Positions 47,040 through 55,649 of a DNA stretch of 64,000 bases are shown here, piece by piece. The translations under genes were made by a program, and so were the position numbers. Source of the DNA: an uncultured virus (IMG/VR IMGVR_UViG_3300032180_000385) (taxonomy: Duplodnaviria; Heunggongvirae; Uroviricota; Caudoviricetes). The notes beneath the pieces are model-generated. The model had not been told where the DNA came from, made no database searches, and saw only the letters and a list, made by a program, of their open reading frames with translations. The stretch's first letter is position 1. Each line of letters starts with the position of its first letter. The DNA lies in the IMG/VR virus record IMGVR_UViG_3300032180_000385, positions 62,001-126,000 of that record; one strand, written 5' to 3'.

Positions 47040-47906
47040 TCACCGCGGTGCCAGGTAAGGGACACTGTGGCCGAGGCCGATCCAGTGCTGGGCTAGCAGC
47101 CCGAGCAAGATAAGGATTGTGCAGACGAAGATGAGCACGGTAATCAGCCATTTGCTCGCCTGATCACGTACCCGAACGGAAATGTCGTGTTCCTTCATCT
47201 GCCACCAGCGCTCCCGCAGAACCGGCGGGCTGATCGGGGCGCGCGTCCACACAGGGGGATTGCTCCTGCTGCTGACCTTGAACCGGTCAACGGACCGGTC
47301 GACGATAAAACCCTGAATGGTGGCCCCGACGGGTGCCCACAACCGGTGCAGTACCAGGCCAATCACGATGCCGAGAAGAATCACCTGCCAGGAGGAATGC
47401 GAAATCCACGACGGTGCGGTTACCGTACCGAGTTTCAGCGCATGCCACGCATTCGGCAGACCAAAGTCGAGCAGCCAGACGCCGCCCGCGGCCAATCCTA
47501 CGGCGAGCGCCACAAGCAGCACGGGAGTCGCGATCAGCCGAAACCGGCCGCAGCGAATCCCCCACCACTTTGGCTTGGCAAGCAGCGTCTTCACGAACAT
47601 GGTGGCCATGGCGGGTTCGAGCAGATCCCGCTCACCGTGCCGGTAGAGAACCCAGCTCTTATACCGATTGAAGACGCCCATACCACTGTCGAACCAGTGC
47701 TTCAGGTAGAAGATCTGGAAGTGCACGCTGGCGACGTGAACGTACCAGCGCACCTGGAAGACCCCGAAATAGATGCCTGCGATGAGCGCGGAGCCGAGCG
47801 CCGCAGCCACGGCTCCCCAGATGACCGTCTGTACTAGCCGGAGCCGGACTGGCTTCCCGTTGACGAGAAGTTCCCCGGCTTGCGGTTCGGCGGTAGCGGC
47901 GCTCAT
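47040..47906 (-). CDS. multi-pass membrane protein
   Basis: Four hydrophobic segments; ATGA coupling to the upstream lipoprotein gene. Confidence 0.65.
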   Translation of the reverse strand: MSAATAEPQAGELLVNGKPVRLRLVQTVIWGAVAAALGSALIAGIYFGVFQVRWYVHVASVHFQIFYLKHWFDSGMGVFNRYKSWVLYRHGERDLLEPAMATMFVKTLLAKPKWWGIRCGRFRLIATPVLLVALAVGLAAGGVWLLDFGLPNAWHALKLGTVTAPSWISHSSWQVILLGIVIGLVLHRLWAPVGATIQGFIVDRSVDRFKVSSRSNPPVWTRAPISPPVLRERWWQMKEHDISVRVRDQASKWLITVLIFVCTILILLGLLAQHWIGLGHSVPYLAPR

Positions 47907-48247
47907 GCCCTGATGGCGATAGCCACGCACGCCTGCGCCCCCGTGTGCTTGAAGTACGTCGGCCCGCGGAGCGCTGCCGTTGCCAGGCACTTCCCTAGCG
48001 CGGTACGAGCCGGCGCAGGTACCTGCTTCTCGAGGCAGGGCTTCATGTCCGCAATATGAGCGGATCCGCTGACGCAGGCCTTCAGGATCTTCGCTGCCGC
48101 CGCCTCATCGGTCTTCACCGCGGTAGACGTCGCAAGCGCCGACACACGCGCGCTCGTCTTACCGCTGGCCGACGAATGACACCCTGCCACTGCCGCAACC
48201 ATCGCCAGCGCTACTGCCGACACTGCCGTGATCCCCCGTATGCTCAC
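47903..48247 (-). CDS. lipoprotein
   Basis: Signal peptide with lipobox VAGC. Confidence 0.65.
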   Translation of the reverse strand: MSIRGITAVSAVALAMVAAVAGCHSSASGKTSARVSALATSTAVKTDEAAAAKILKACVSGSAHIADMKPCLEKQVPAPARTALGKCLATAALRGPTYFKHTGAQACVAIAIRA

Positions 48248-48303
48248 TGATTTTACCCCTTACGCCGCAGGGAACTCTTCCAGTACCTAGCCTATCCTAC
48301 TGG

Positions 48304-50107
48304 CTACCTCTGTCGCAGCCGTGCGGCAACATTCTTGTTAAGAACGTAGCGCCTAGTGTGAACCCACTGGCAGGTACCGCACCAGAATCCTCCCTCGTGC
48401 CCGCACGGACACTGGCACAGAGCAGCCGCCCGGCACTCCTGGCAGTCTGCTGGACCGCAGAACCGCCCGACCGAATTCCGGTGCCTGGGAGGGTAGTGCT
48501 CGAACATCCCCGCCTAACCTTCCATGCCAATACCTCGCTGCTGATGGTAGTCCCGCCATGCCGTCAAGGCCTCCGGTGTCGTCCACCGTGACCGCACCTC
48601 AATCGGAGCCTCAGACCGACAGCAGTTGCAAGTCACCTCAATCTGCCCGCTCCTGCTCCCGTAACGCCTGCTACTAGCATTCTGATAAAACCTGATCACA
48701 ATCTGATGAGCAGCAGACAAATCCTCCGGCAGCGGCAGATAAGGAAGAACCCCCGGCATTAGCCTCCTGACCTCTTCCTGAGCGCATCAATTTTTTCCAG
48801 AACATCCGCGTACGCGTCTGATCTGCCTCGCTTGTAGTCAACCTGCACCCCGGCGCATCCGTCATCGGCACGGGCCTTCATGTAGGTATCACGCCAGCCT
48901 TCCGCCGAAGACCACAGCTCGCGCCGAAGGGCGACTACCGTGAACGGATCGACCCCGTATCTCCGGAACAGCCAGCCTCTCAGCCTGATGATCACACTCA
49001 TCCGAGCACCTCCGCCCGAAACGGATCGCCTGGATCCCACCCGCAATGCCGTGCCATCATCAGATCGTACCGTTCCTGGAACTTCTGGTTCCTCACATGT
49101 GCCTGCCGCGCGGGGCACCCGACCCCCTCACAATGCCACCAGCCTGCCGCCACGGCCTCCGTAGTCTGCGCTACAGCGATCAGCCTGTCCCGGGTCCTTG
49201 GTGAGATGTCCTGCGCAGCTTTCTCGACGATCCGCAGCAAGTCGGCCCTGCTGATAGTAAAGCTCATGTCCCCGGCTGCCCTCTCCGCACGGTTCCGTCA
49301 GGCAGGATAACATCCGGAACGACGACGAGACGAGGCTGACCCAGCAGCCAAACTTTCTCCAGCGAGAAAATCTTCCGGATAAGAATATCTCCCTGTGAAT
49401 CGTCCCACTCATCAGCAGTAACAATATAGCTCGATCCCAGCGGGGGAGGCTCGGTATGCCATTCCTCGATATACCGAAAGCCTGATGCTTGCACCAAAAC
49501 CCTGGAAACTACCTCACTCATCCAAACGCCCCCGGGCTGGTCATCGCGTGCAACCGTCGGCCTACCTCACCGGCCACCGCCAGCTGGAACGCTGCCTGAG
49601 TACGCTCTAGTCCGAGATCGGCCGGAATCGGTACCCTCGTACTCTCCTGGCAGAAGACGACCTGACCATGCGTCGCGCCGCCCATCACCCGTCCGACCAC
49701 AGTCGCGGTCGCCCGATCCGCTGTTTCCCGGACCGCCGCGTCCCATGCCTGCCGGAAGTCATCGTGCTCCAGCGCGAACAGTGTCACGTGGATAAGGTCG
49801 TTCGTCTCTTCCATGCTTACTCCCGCCCTTCAGCGTAGCCTGGACCGCGAAGCTCCTGCTGTCCCTTCCAGCTCACTCTACGCTCCAGCTCGTCCTGCGC
49901 TGCCTGTTTCAGCAGCCCGGCCGCCTTCGCCAGCCGCTGCAAATCCTTACTGTCTTCTAGCCAGCGCATCTCAGCATAGACCTCACCCGGAATATCATTC
50001 AAAGCGTAGGCGAGTGCCCTGGCGGAAACCGCCGTTATCTGCGTTGCCGGATCTCTGCCTGAATCGTCCATAACAGCTTTCCTTTCCAGATGCCGGAACC
50101 CGGCCAC
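48304..50107 (-). CDS. run of small coupled hypothetical genes (48304-48507, 48514-48759, 48759-49001, 48998-49267, 49264-49521, 49518-49814, 49817-50107)
   Basis: ATGA-type overlaps; 49264-49521 ends in a TerL-N-like peptide. Confidence 0.45.
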
Positions 50108-50145
50108 GAGCTTTCGCGTGACCGGGTTCCAGTGCTCTTCCGAAG

Positions 50146-50685
50146 TTACGCCGCAGGAAGCGTGAACGTACCCGTCACCGTGAAGGTGGTCAACGCGCTA
50201 CCGGGAACCGGGTTGACGTTCTGCGAATTATCGCACCCGCGCCCGCCCGTTAGCCGCGGCATGGTAGCGGTGAAAACAACCCAGTACGTCCCCTTCCCGG
50301 TGATCCCCTTGTACGCGCCCGTGCTGCCAGGCACTAGATGGAACGTCCCGGTCTCGGAAAACTTAATCGAGCAGGTTCGAGGATTGAAGATCGTTCCCGG
50401 GCTGCGGGTCTGCTTGTGGTAAACGCGGAGACCGCCCTTGCTGAGCTTCAGCGTGTCGGTACCGGCATTGCTATTGCCGCTGAGGGTGATGCTCCCGGTG
50501 TCGGCAAACAGGCCGCTGGCCTTCAACGGGATCGTCGGGGCGTTCGCCACACTCGTTGTCGTCCCAGTGATGACCTCCGTACCCGTTCGCGGCACTGGCG
50601 CCGTCGAACTGCTGCTCGACGAGCTGGAGCAGGCCGCCAGCCCGGCCGTAGCGAGAACAGCGATTACTGCGAGGATCTTTCTCAC
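50146..50685 (-). CDS. lipoprotein
   Basis: Lipobox LAAC followed by a Ser-rich linker. Confidence 0.7.
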   Translation of the reverse strand: MRKILAVIAVLATAGLAACSSSSSSSSTAPVPRTGTEVITGTTTSVANAPTIPLKASGLFADTGSITLSGNSNAGTDTLKLSKGGLRVYHKQTRSPGTIFNPRTCSIKFSETGTFHLVPGSTGAYKGITGKGTYWVVFTATMPRLTGGRGCDNSQNVNPVPGSALTTFTVTGTFTLPAA

Positions 50686-51920
50686 GTTGTCACCTTCCAG
50701 GTGAACGTTGCGGTGGCGTGCACCGTGGTAACCGCTTCGGTTCCGGTGACGTGGACGGTATAAGTAGCAATATGCGTGGGTGTGCCGGTGATCTTGCCTG
50801 TAGAACTGATGTGCAGTCCAGCCGGAAGTCCGCTGGCAGTAAAGCTAACCGATCGGTGGACAGTAACTGGCGAGGTGCAGGCGCTACCGAAAGGCTCAGT
50901 GCAGTAGACGGTCGTCGCCGAAGCATGAATCTGCAGGCTAACCGCGTGATTAACACGAGTCGTCTGAGTACCTGGGCTCGGCACGAACACCCCATCCGAC
51001 AGGGCACACGCGCTGCCGACATTACTCCACTCAGGCTGCTCAACGTACTTGCTGCTGCCAATGCTCTGGGTGAAGACACCCGACCATGCGCACTTGTCGC
51101 CATTCTCGAAACCGGCCGCATCCCACCATGCGCTCAGCTGCGGGTCGTTGACCGATTCCGCGAACTCGTGACCGCCGACAATCGACCAGCCCTGAAGCGC
51201 CGGAGACGGGCCGGACGGAAGGAAGTCCGCCCCGCAATTGCCGCCCTGATCAGGCATGTACGGCTCGTTGGTGTAGGACAACTCAAGTGAGCCATCACTA
51301 GCCCAGCTATGCCAGGCGCAGTAGGAAGAGCCGAAGCCGCCACCAGGATTAGTGCCGGACGGGCTGACCACGATAATCTGGGTGTTGGCGTTGATCAGCT
51401 GCCCATGTGCCTTGAAGTAGTTAGCGTAGGCGACGGCGACCGCAGCGAGCTGTGCCTGCGTCGCGCTGGCGGGCGGGTTACTGCAGTCCGCGACCGCACC
51501 GTAAAGAACCTTGCCGCTGAACTCCGAACGCTGACCCGGAACACCGTGATACTGAGTCATGGTGTTTGACAGCAGATCCGGACCAGTACCCCGGGCATTG
51601 AAGAAGTTGATCAGGTAATTCTCGTCAGCCAGCCCGTGACCTTGCTGACCAACGCACGCGGAATGCCACCACTTACCCCAGAAGACGAGGTAGACGCGCG
51701 GGGTAGTCTGAACCGGCCCGCCGTGATAGGCGAGGTTGCCGCTGCCGAGCTTCCCGAGGGTAGCAAGCGACGCGGCACCGCCCTTCGTTGGAAGATAGTT
51801 GATCGGAGAAGTAGCCGTCGGTGGTGCACTGCGGCGCATGGCGCTAGCAGCCCCGGCGGGGATAGCCATCGTCATCGCTACGGCTGCGATTGAGATGAGA
51901 GCCAGGATGATCTTTTTCAC
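50682..51920 (-). CDS. secreted protein with HExxE putative metallopeptidase-like domain and C-terminal Ig-like (He_PIG) domain
   Basis: Signal peptide; L.YHGGPV...VYLVFWG, YCAWHS, HEFAES.NDP, ENGDKCAW; ASGLPAGL.ISSTGKITGTPT. Confidence 0.65.
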   Translation of the reverse strand: MKKIILALISIAAVAMTMAIPAGAASAMRRSAPPTATSPINYLPTKGGAASLATLGKLGSGNLAYHGGPVQTTPRVYLVFWGKWWHSACVGQQGHGLADENYLINFFNARGTGPDLLSNTMTQYHGVPGQRSEFSGKVLYGAVADCSNPPASATQAQLAAVAVAYANYFKAHGQLINANTQIIVVSPSGTNPGGGFGSSYCAWHSWASDGSLELSYTNEPYMPDQGGNCGADFLPSGPSPALQGWSIVGGHEFAESVNDPQLSAWWDAAGFENGDKCAWSGVFTQSIGSSKYVEQPEWSNVGSACALSDGVFVPSPGTQTTRVNHAVSLQIHASATTVYCTEPFGSACTSPVTVHRSVSFTASGLPAGLHISSTGKITGTPTHIATYTVHVTGTEAVTTVHATATFTWKVTT

Positions 51921-52157
51921 TCTTGTCCTTTCGAGTACTTTCTGTCCCTAAGGGGACCACGTACCCCACCACGATACCCTACCTTGACCGTCGCGGGTAG
52001 CGCCTCGCCCGACGACCGCATGAACACCGGGAAATTTCCTCGACAGTGACGCCGTTCCAGCGATTTTCCAGCCAGAACATCTCCCGGTGACGGCGGAGCG
52101 CACACGACGGCCACAGTAGCCAGCGGCGCAGCTCCCAGTTGTCAAGCAGGACGCCCT

Positions 52158-52391
52158 TCACCCGAAGTCTTCCCGCTCATCGGGCTCCAGAGCACACCCG
52201 CAAACGTAAGCAATCAACTGTTTGCTGACACCGACCTCCCGGGCCAGCCGGCCGAAGGTCCAGCGCTTCGGATCTTCCTGGCGAAGCTGGCGGATGATGA
52301 TATCACGCAGGTAGCGGCGGCGGTGGGCCTGATCATCCAGGTCCGCTGCCGCCGCGTGGTGCTCCCTCGCCTGCGCTATCCGGACATCCAC
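52158..52391 (-). CDS. small HTH DNA-binding protein
   Basis: WTFGRLAREVGVSKQLIAY. Confidence 0.6.
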   Translation of the reverse strand: MDVRIAQAREHHAAAADLDDQAHRRRYLRDIIIRQLRQEDPKRWTFGRLAREVGVSKQLIAYVCGCALEPDEREDFG

Positions 52392-52415
52392 GGCCGACTA
52401 CCTGCCTGCACCTGT

Positions 52416-54017
52416 TCAGATATCTCCTCGCGCGTGATCTGCAAGCAGGGTCGGAATAGCTGAGTCAAAACCCGAGACATCGAGTTCTCGTCCATCCTCG
52501 GGACGAGCGATGCTGAACTCAGTCGGCGAGATCGCGATGACCTGAAGCCGGGCGTCGATGCCCATCTTCTGCCGGTACTCTTCCAGAGCCTGATGCGGGT
52601 GAATCGGACCGTACCAGGTCTCCCCATCCGTCCACACTCTGAAAACATCCGCTTGCACTCGGTGACGAGTCGCCCAGGTCATCGGCGCCGCGCAGTCAGT
52701 GGATCCGCCCCAGACGCTCATGATCTTGGCGATAACGGCGTCAAGGCGCATCCGCGGCGACAGGTCGATCGGAAGCAGTTCGGTGCTGAAGGTGAACATG
52801 CCGGAATACGGCTCGGTCTTCTGGGTGACCATGGCCATGGCAGCGACCGCCTCGACGGCGGTGAACGGGTACCCGGCAATCGCCCAGCCCATCGAGCCAG
52901 ACGTGTCGGTGGCGTTGACGATCCGCTTTCCGGACGGCTCAACCGAACCGTAGGCCGCGTAGAATCCCGCATCGCAGGCGTCGGTGATGACCGGAACCGG
53001 GGTCCAGGTGCCGCCCCTGCCGCGCATCGGACGGCCGGCCGCGTATGCCTTCAAGGTGAGCAGCATCTCAACAGGATGGATGCGAGCCTTCGCCAGTCCG
53101 GCCGAGTCGGCGATCCTGGTGGCGACGTCGCTGGTCAGGCTGTCCATCGGGGCGAGCACGCCGAGCCGGGTCAGCTTGGCCAGGTTGCGAGTCAGCGCGC
53201 CCAGCGGAACGTTGCCGTTCGCGATCAGCGCCCGCCATACGTCAGCGTTCCCCGTTGCCTCGGACGGCAGCATCTCGTGCGACAGGGAGCGACAGCCCTC
53301 GATGATCGAAACCCACTCGCTGACGTCCTGGGTGGCGTGCGCAGCTGCAGCAGCCTGGACAACCGGAATCCCGGCCAGCTCATCGCCGAGAACGCCCTTA
53401 GCGATGTAATTCCACAGAGCCTGCTGCCGCGTGTTGCCGTGGTGCTGGACGTGCGCGAGCCGGATCAGGTCACGCTGCGCCCACTTATCCCGCTGCTTGT
53501 ACTTGAGCACCTGGTAGGCGGCACCCTCAGTGCTCTGGCCGGTGTACCAGTTACGGACGCCCTTGATAAGCTGCGGACCCCAGCCGCGGAACATCTCCGC
53601 GTACAGCGCGTACTTCAGGATGTGACCGCCGGTGCGCGCGACCTGCGGCAGTGCCCACAGGGCATGAGCGCGAGCCTCAGTGCTGCCCAGGCCGGATGCC
53701 GCCGCGAGAGCGAAGAGCGCTGGGTCGTTGCACGGTGCCCGGCCCGCCTGGCTGATCGCTACCGCATCGTTGACGAGTCGCGGATCGGATGCCTTTGCGA
53801 GCTTGGTGACTACCCCGGCATTATCACGGGTGAGATCACGCTCGGTAACGTAGTACGTTCCGCCTTCGACCCCCAATGTCAAAAACCTGTTGAGCCGCGC
53901 GTAATCGTCGATGACGAAGACAAACCCGCCCGCGTTGTTCTTGACCTGGTCCTCACGGGCCGGCTCGGACTGCGGAGTGCGCCTCGGGGTGACATGACGC
54001 TCCAGCGCGCTGCTCAT
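52416..54017 (-). CDS. rsr: Ro60/Rsr ortholog (TROVE + vWA domains)
   Basis: QVKNNAGGFVF...RLNRFLTLG.EGGTYY, GWG, KY.QR..W..RDL.RLAH, AL.RNL.KLT, ARIHP, MIDAS DTSGSM, GSTDCAAPM, TDGETW.G.IHP..AL..YR; GAAAGGA RBS. Confidence 0.95.
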   Translation of the reverse strand: MSSALERHVTPRRTPQSEPAREDQVKNNAGGFVFVIDDYARLNRFLTLGVEGGTYYVTERDLTRDNAGVVTKLAKASDPRLVNDAVAISQAGRAPCNDPALFALAAASGLGSTEARAHALWALPQVARTGGHILKYALYAEMFRGWGPQLIKGVRNWYTGQSTEGAAYQVLKYKQRDKWAQRDLIRLAHVQHHGNTRQQALWNYIAKGVLGDELAGIPVVQAAAAAHATQDVSEWVSIIEGCRSLSHEMLPSEATGNADVWRALIANGNVPLGALTRNLAKLTRLGVLAPMDSLTSDVATRIADSAGLAKARIHPVEMLLTLKAYAAGRPMRGRGGTWTPVPVITDACDAGFYAAYGSVEPSGKRIVNATDTSGSMGWAIAGYPFTAVEAVAAMAMVTQKTEPYSGMFTFSTELLPIDLSPRMRLDAVIAKIMSVWGGSTDCAAPMTWATRHRVQADVFRVWTDGETWYGPIHPHQALEEYRQKMGIDARLQVIAISPTEFSIARPEDGRELDVSGFDSAIPTLLADHARGDI

Positions 54018-54057
54018 CAGAAAAATCCTTTCTCGTACTGCGATATAAAAGCAGAAG

Positions 54058-54129
54058 CCCTGCGGGCATAAGAACGGCTGACGGATTGCCATGGTTTGAG
54101 TGATAACCGTCTGCCTCCGGCTCGCAGGG
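54058..54129 (-). ncRNA. Y-RNA-like unit 1 (minimal, no tRNA domain), ~40 nt upstream of the rsr start
   Basis: CCCTGCGAGCCGGA...GGTTATC...TATGCCCGCAGGG; termini pair. Confidence 0.65.
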
Positions 54130-54135
54130 TGCTGC

Positions 54136-54432
54136 TCAGAACTGCGTCTCGGTAAGAGCCTCAACGATGGTGATCTCCGGCGGGCCTTGCGCACCGACTT
54201 CCGCGATGAATGACTGCAGAGCAGGGTTGGCGAAGAACTGCTGGAACTGCTCCGCGGTCTCCCACTCGTCGACGACCACGACGATGCCGTCGCCGATGCC
54301 GAACTGGTGATGGAGCGCGCCCTGTGACTGGCTTGAATCGGTGATTTCCGTGAACACAGCGGCCCGATCGGTCAGGGCCTGACGGAACACTGCGGTATCA
54401 CCGGGGAACTTCATGATGACGAGTACGCTCAT
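54136..54432 (-). CDS. ABM-like dimeric alpha+beta barrel protein inside the Y-RNA array
   Basis: MSVLVIMKF...GALHH...VVVVDEWETAEQFQQFF; RBS region duplicates that of rsr. Confidence 0.6.
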   Translation of the reverse strand: MSVLVIMKFPGDTAVFRQALTDRAAVFTEITDSSQSQGALHHQFGIGDGIVVVVDEWETAEQFQQFFANPALQSFIAEVGAQGPPEITIVEALTETQF

Positions 54433-54460
54433 CGGATAAATCCTTTCGTGGCTGACTAAA

Positions 54461-54528
54461 GCCCTGCGGGCGTAAGAACGACTGACGGGTTTCGTCCAAG
54501 ATAACCGTCTGCCTCCGGCTCGCAGGGC
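54461..54528 (-). ncRNA. Y-RNA-like unit 2 (minimal, near-copy of unit 1)
   Basis: GCCCTGCGAGCCGGAGGCAGACGGTTATC...CCGTCAGTCGTTCTTACGCCCGCAGGGC. Confidence 0.65.
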
Positions 54529-54547
54529 CTCGGCATGCGTGCGGGTA

Positions 54548-54661
54548 CGGCGGGCGTAAAGCTTCTTCCGGGTGCTCGGCCAATTGAGCATGCAGACCAA
54601 ACCTTTCGGATGGACTGCGGAGGAATCGAACCTTCGATAACCGGAGGATTCCGGCTCGCCG
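54548..54661 (-). ncRNA. YrlA-like RNA unit 3 with permuted tRNA domain
   Basis: GCGAGCCGGA..GGTTATC, T-arm AGG-TTCGATT-CCT, closed acceptor-like stem, D-arm GCTC-AATTGGCC-GAGC, TACGCCCGC. Confidence 0.8.
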
Positions 54662-54681
54662 CGATGTAGTTGTGTGTAAGT

Positions 54682-54795
54682 GCGGCGGGCATATGTCGTA
54701 TCCGGAAGTGGAGAAGCCGCACTCCCTAACCCTTGCAGGCCGGGGGATTCGAACCCCATATCCCATCAGATAACCGGACGCGTCCGGCTCGCCGC
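54682..54795 (-). ncRNA. YrlA-like RNA unit 4
   Basis: GCGGCGAGCCGGA..GGTTATC, T-arm GGGG-TTCGAAT-CCCC, divergent D-arm GGAG/CTCC, TATGCCCGCCGC. Confidence 0.75.
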
Positions 54796-54815
54796 GATGT
54801 AGTTGTGTGTTAATC

Positions 54816-54960
54816 AGCATAGCGGGCATAAAATCCGTCCCGGCATATATCATGCTGGTGCTCTATCCATTGAGCTACCCGATCTTACAACCGGAGCGAG
54901 GATTCGAACCTCGCTACCCCCAGCTCCCGCGATAACCAGGTCGATCCGGCTCGCCATGCT
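54816..54960 (-). ncRNA. YrlA-like RNA unit 5 (clearest permuted tRNA mimic)
   Basis: GCTGG/CCAGC anticodon-equivalent stem, T-arm GCGAGG-TTCGAAT-CCTCGC, acceptor stem closed by GTAA, TA-GCTC-AATGGATA-GAGC D-arm; AGCATGGCG/CGCTATGCT termini. Confidence 0.85.
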
Positions 54961-54989
54961 AAGTCCGTGAACACTATGCGGTTGTCAGT

Positions 54990-55123
54990 GACAGCAGGCA
55001 TAAGTTCAGTCCCGGCATTTTCGGTGCTCCATCCTGAGCTACCCCGGTCTCCCGGGAGCAGGGACTCCCACCCCGCGTCCACCGGCTTAGAAGGCGATAA
55101 CCAGGTCGATCCGGCTTGCTGTC
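54990..55123 (-). ncRNA. YrlA-like RNA unit 6 (non-canonical T-loop)
   Basis: GACAGCAAGCCGGA..GGTTATC, T-arm GCGGGG-TGGGAGT-CCCTGC, acceptor stem closed by GAGA, TA-GCTC-AGGATG-GAGC, TATGCCTGCTGTC. Confidence 0.8.
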
Positions 55124-55130
55124 GTACAGC

Positions 55131-55158
55131 AGCTTACACGGTTCCTGACGGAGCGCAA
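55131..55158 (-). promoter_or_regulatory. putative sigma70-type promoter for the Y-RNA/rsr operon
   Basis: TTGCGC-N16-TAAGCT; predicted +1 falls at the 5' end of unit 6 (~55123). Confidence 0.55.
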
Positions 55159-55237
55159 GGGGGATTTTCCCCGCTACAGCCATCGTGTACCGTGAGCATC
55201 GCAGACGAGCAGACAGGACAAGGAGAAGGGCGAGATC

Positions 55238-55594
55238 ATGCTGGAAGTGAAGAACCTCGGCACACCCGACGACCACCGCGTGTTCCCGAACGGGCAGCTG
55301 GATGTCGTAACCGTGGGCGCGATGACCTTCGGGTTCGCTACCTTCGAGCCCGGTTGGCGCTGGACGCAGTCGCTGCGGTCGATCGTCGGCACGGACACTT
55401 GCCAGGCGGCGCACAACGGATACTGCGCGAGCGGAAGCATGCACATCCTCATGGATGATGGAACAGAATCCGACATCGGGCCAGGCGACGCGTTCGTCAT
55501 CTCGCCGGGACATGACGCCTGGGTGACCGGGAACGAGCCATGCATCGCCTACGACTTCTCTGGCTACGCGAACTACGCCAAGCCTCAGGAGTAG
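55238..55594 (+). CDS. cupin domain protein
   Basis: FEPGWRW..S...I.GT..CQ..H.GY..SG.M...DDG.E..I.PGD.F.I.PGHDAWV.G.EPC...DF. Confidence 0.85.
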   Translation: MLEVKNLGTPDDHRVFPNGQLDVVTVGAMTFGFATFEPGWRWTQSLRSIVGTDTCQAAHNGYCASGSMHILMDDGTESDIGPGDAFVISPGHDAWVTGNEPCIAYDFSGYANYAKPQE

Positions 55595-55606
55595 TCCTCG
55601 CACAGC

Positions 55607-55638
55607 GAAGGCCCCCGACGTTCTCGTCAGGGGCCTTC
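55607..55638. terminator. hairpin between convergent genes
   Basis: gaaggcccc-cgacg-ttct-cgtca-ggggccttc. Confidence 0.55.
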
Positions 55639-55649
55639 ATCTTGCCCGG

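Noticed and set aside
52593..54071. 492-aa plus-strand ORF and similar long antisense ORFs (e.g. 31542-32579, 35409-36254)
   Set aside because: Shadow frames of high-GC genes on the opposite strand, with no recognisable motifs.
54018..54759. N-terminal extensions of Ro60 (to 54194) and of the ABM-like ORF (to 54759) in the ORF track
   Set aside because: Good RBSs precede ATG 54017 and ATG 54432; the extensions run through the ncRNA units.
54548..55123. Canonical tRNA genes (T-loop GGTTCGAATCC and D-arm TAGCTCAATGG present)
   Set aside because: The T-arm precedes the D-arm, the acceptor stem is closed by a loop, and there is no anticodon loop or CCA end. These are permuted mimics, not tRNAs.
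54058..55123. CRISPR array
   Set aside because: Repeats are degenerate and bipartite, unit lengths vary from about 70 to 145 nt, interiors are structured, and no cas genes are seen.
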